Below, piece after piece: positions 61,232 to 64,000 of a stretch of DNA of 64,000 nucleotides. Within the stretch, counting starts at the first letter, position 1. Each line of letters starts with the position of its first letter. Source of the stretch: Geosiphon pyriformis uo1. Its lineage: Eukaryota > Fungi > Glomeromycota. A model generated the notes under the pieces. That model did no database searches. It saw only the letters and a program-made list of their open reading frames with translations, and was not told the DNA's origin. The DNA is taken from contig JAAOMT010000096.1 of NCBI GenBank assembly GCA_016748015.1, positions 453,087-517,086 on the forward strand. The letters are read 5' to 3'. A program made the translations under genes and the position numbers.

Positions 61232-64000
61232 TAATGGCGCGTGCACCTGTTAAACATTGACCTTCCGTAATTTCATCGCTCACGTGACAAATTCATCTCC
61301 AAATTCAAAACATGTCAAATCACAACTCATCGCCTCTGAGCAAGTGAACTGTTAAGCTTAATCTAGTATATAAGGTTGAAATAAAGAAGTTTTTTATGAA
61401 ACTTAAGTTTGAGATAAGGATACTACTTTCTAATATATTGATCACAGGGGATCGCAAATTCGTTCGCTTTTTTAATACTTCAAAAACGACAATTATTTGA
61501 GTTGAGGTTTCCTTTATGATTTTCGCATTTATTTGAAACTCTTCCATTGTGTTTTCTGTTGGTGGTGGTTTAGCCCGCCGGTTTGGTGCATTTTTAGAAT
61601 CAAACACCAAAAGAACCACAATAACTAACCTCTCCCTTTTTCACCCCATTTTCTCCATTCCCCTTCATTTATGTTTTATGGCATTCCCCTTTTACGTTAC
61701 CCTTCAAAAACAAACACCTTCTTTTATTCTTACCTACTCACTTTCATTCTCTCTTGCACCTACTTTCAATCAAGTATTGGAAAATTAAATAACACTTTTC
61801 TTGATGAAAATCAACAGATTTTTTATAAAATAATTATTCCTTTTAAATCACAATCTACAAAAAGAAAGTGAGTGGGGAAAGAATATTTATATTTCCAAAA
61901 AACAAAATAAAAAAAGCGGAAAACGAAATAACATAATAGCAAGTCCCGATGGCAAGTGCCAATATCAACAAACAATAATATAATGGCCGGACGTTATCAT
62001 TATTGAAATATGGGCGTTTTCACTGTCTGCCTACTTTTTGAAAATACACAACGGCTTGCAGAGAAAAAGGCTGCAATGATTTTTTATCTATTTGCTCTTC
62101 GGCAATCGAATTTTCTTTTTGGATATCATCCCTTCGACTGAAATTCACCAACCAATTCATCCAGAGAAGAAAAATAAAATACCACATTTACATATATCTG
62201 CAAGATTAATGGGTGTCAATTTATGCGTCCTGGGCGAAGACCTCGAATACACCGAATTTCCAAAATATTAAAAGGAAATGAAAATTCCCCATGTTCATCC
62301 TTTTACGGCTTGCACACAGCTCATAAGTTGTGCACACTTGGGATCAGGACAAAGGTGGTCAAGTCTCGCTCTTTGAAATATTTTATTATTAAAACTTGAT
62401 AACATCATACTCTCCAAAGATCTGCTGAACATTTTTGCGATAAGCCGTTGAATTTTCAAGACACCACTCTGATAAGCAACTGGAATTTGATGTGTTGACC
62501 GTTGTGTAAAGTTCGAAGAGACCAGTAGAAAGTTTTATTTCGCTCGTTCTTTTGTTGGTTTTACGTTTCAAATTTCGCGTCCAAAAAAATTACCTGTTAT
62601 CCTCACCCAATTATAAAATTTGAAAAACCCACAAAAAATACTCATAGAAATTCAAAAATCAAATACATTTTTTCTTTGACAAAAATCAAAAAAAGCCAAA
62701 CCAACCAAAATGCCAGCCAAGCCGGCGCGGTTCCGAACTTTGATTATTCAAAAATGTTGCCATATTCTTATGTGTACCCGAGTCCAGAGAATACCACTTG
62801 CTGCATCGATCCACGTATTCCTCATCATCATCAATAACCTATTGTGTAAATCCACCACCTTCTGGAACGCGTCGCCAGGAACCCTTAAAATAAGGGCAAA
62901 GCAATTCGATTCTTAGCAGAATTTCTTGGTCGACGTGAACACATAAATATGTTTTTATATCTGGGATAAAACGTTTGTGTTTCAGTCGTCTGCAGGACCT
63001 GTGTTTGCACCATGGCCTGAATTTCACTTATACTAAATGTGTGATATATTTTCTCTTCCTTCCATGTATTTATTTTATTGGATCTTTTTTTACATTCACA
63101 TACCGTACATTCCCCTCACACAAATATCGCTTTCTTTGTTTATTATTATTTTTCAGGTTTTTCTACATATCATCATCAATCAATCATATAACCCCTTTGT
63201 GTTCTGTAAATAATGTGAAGTTTTCCTCCCCGACACTTTTTTTTCTTTTTGTGAAGATATATATGGCAATTTTTAATAAAAAATTAACATATACTTAAGA
63301 TGCCACGTTTCCATCTAAATTTCATTGATCATAAAGCAACCTTTCGGCTGAAAGGCCATGAGGGAACAGGTACTGTATGACAAACTGTTAATCTTGTAGC
63401 AGCTTAAAGCTTTCGACACTGCTCCATATGAAAAAATTTAACACTTATAAATTCTCGAGTAAAGGTAATTGCTCTGAGGTATTGGCACACTAAACCAATA
63501 CTCGGTTTGGGTAATTTATCTCATATTAAAAAGCTCTGGTTACCAGTAGGCCTTTAATTAATAGATTGACAGCTTTTGAGAATTATACTCGATCTAGACA
63601 TTTGTTAACTTTGTGAAGTTTCTCAAGGACATTGCAGATGGTATAAATCTTGTAATAAAACCTTTTACCAATCTGATAAATTGCATGTCAAAGGATCGGT
63701 ACTTTTTTTTGGATAGACGTTTAGGAATGGATAGCGAAAAAGCGAAATTATTCATTATATAGGTATGAATCTAGTATCTAATAACCTGATGTTTGATAAC
63801 TGAAGCCATTATAGCATCCCTACAGAAAAACGTCTAGATTCAGATGAAATGCTCCCTGACCAGATTCATTAATATGATTGTTTCCCACGTCCAATTATGA
63901 AATGTCTTGAAGTGTTCATAGAGAAACCTTTTTGATGGGCTGAGATGCTTGAAATAGAGCTATATGGAAACTAGAAAATGATGATAAATTAATTTTCAAA

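Noticed and set aside
61320-63400. Short downstream ORFs and the CCTTTCGGCTGAAAGG hairpin near 63340
   Set aside because: No recognisable protein or RNA family. A hairpin this short is expected by chance, though an unrecognised exon or ncRNA cannot be excluded.

Overview
This is eukaryotic DNA, most likely from a fungus. The AT-richness, the 88-bp GT-AG intron and the retroelement protein types resemble Glomeromycotina (Geosiphon-like), an assignment made from memory and not from a search. Bases 1 to ~53,400 form a nested, C:G->T:A-hypermutated cluster of dead retroelements. Two convergent APE-RT-RNaseH LINEs act as hosts for Ty3/Gypsy-type LTR elements of about five families, named A-E here. 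These include a structurally complete 9.87-kb family-A copy (40091-49961, TSD TTGG) and an older A copy (14927-39730) containing a solo A LTR and a three-LTR family-B tandem. There is also a solo LTR C and fragments of families D and E. After ~53.4 kb the sequence abruptly retains CpG and carries one intact two-exon Pho2/Phx1-type homeobox gene (58732-61231, 803 aa). The most notable signal is the shared, retrovirus-like architecture of the LTR families. Integrase appears to be a separate ATG-initiated ORF after a stop at the end of RNase H. A non-env accessory ORF3 runs into the 3' LTR, Cys-rich domains (plus dUTPase in family A) lie between protease and RT, gag appears GUG-initiated in families A and D, TSDs are 4 bp, and a conserved motif precedes the PPT.
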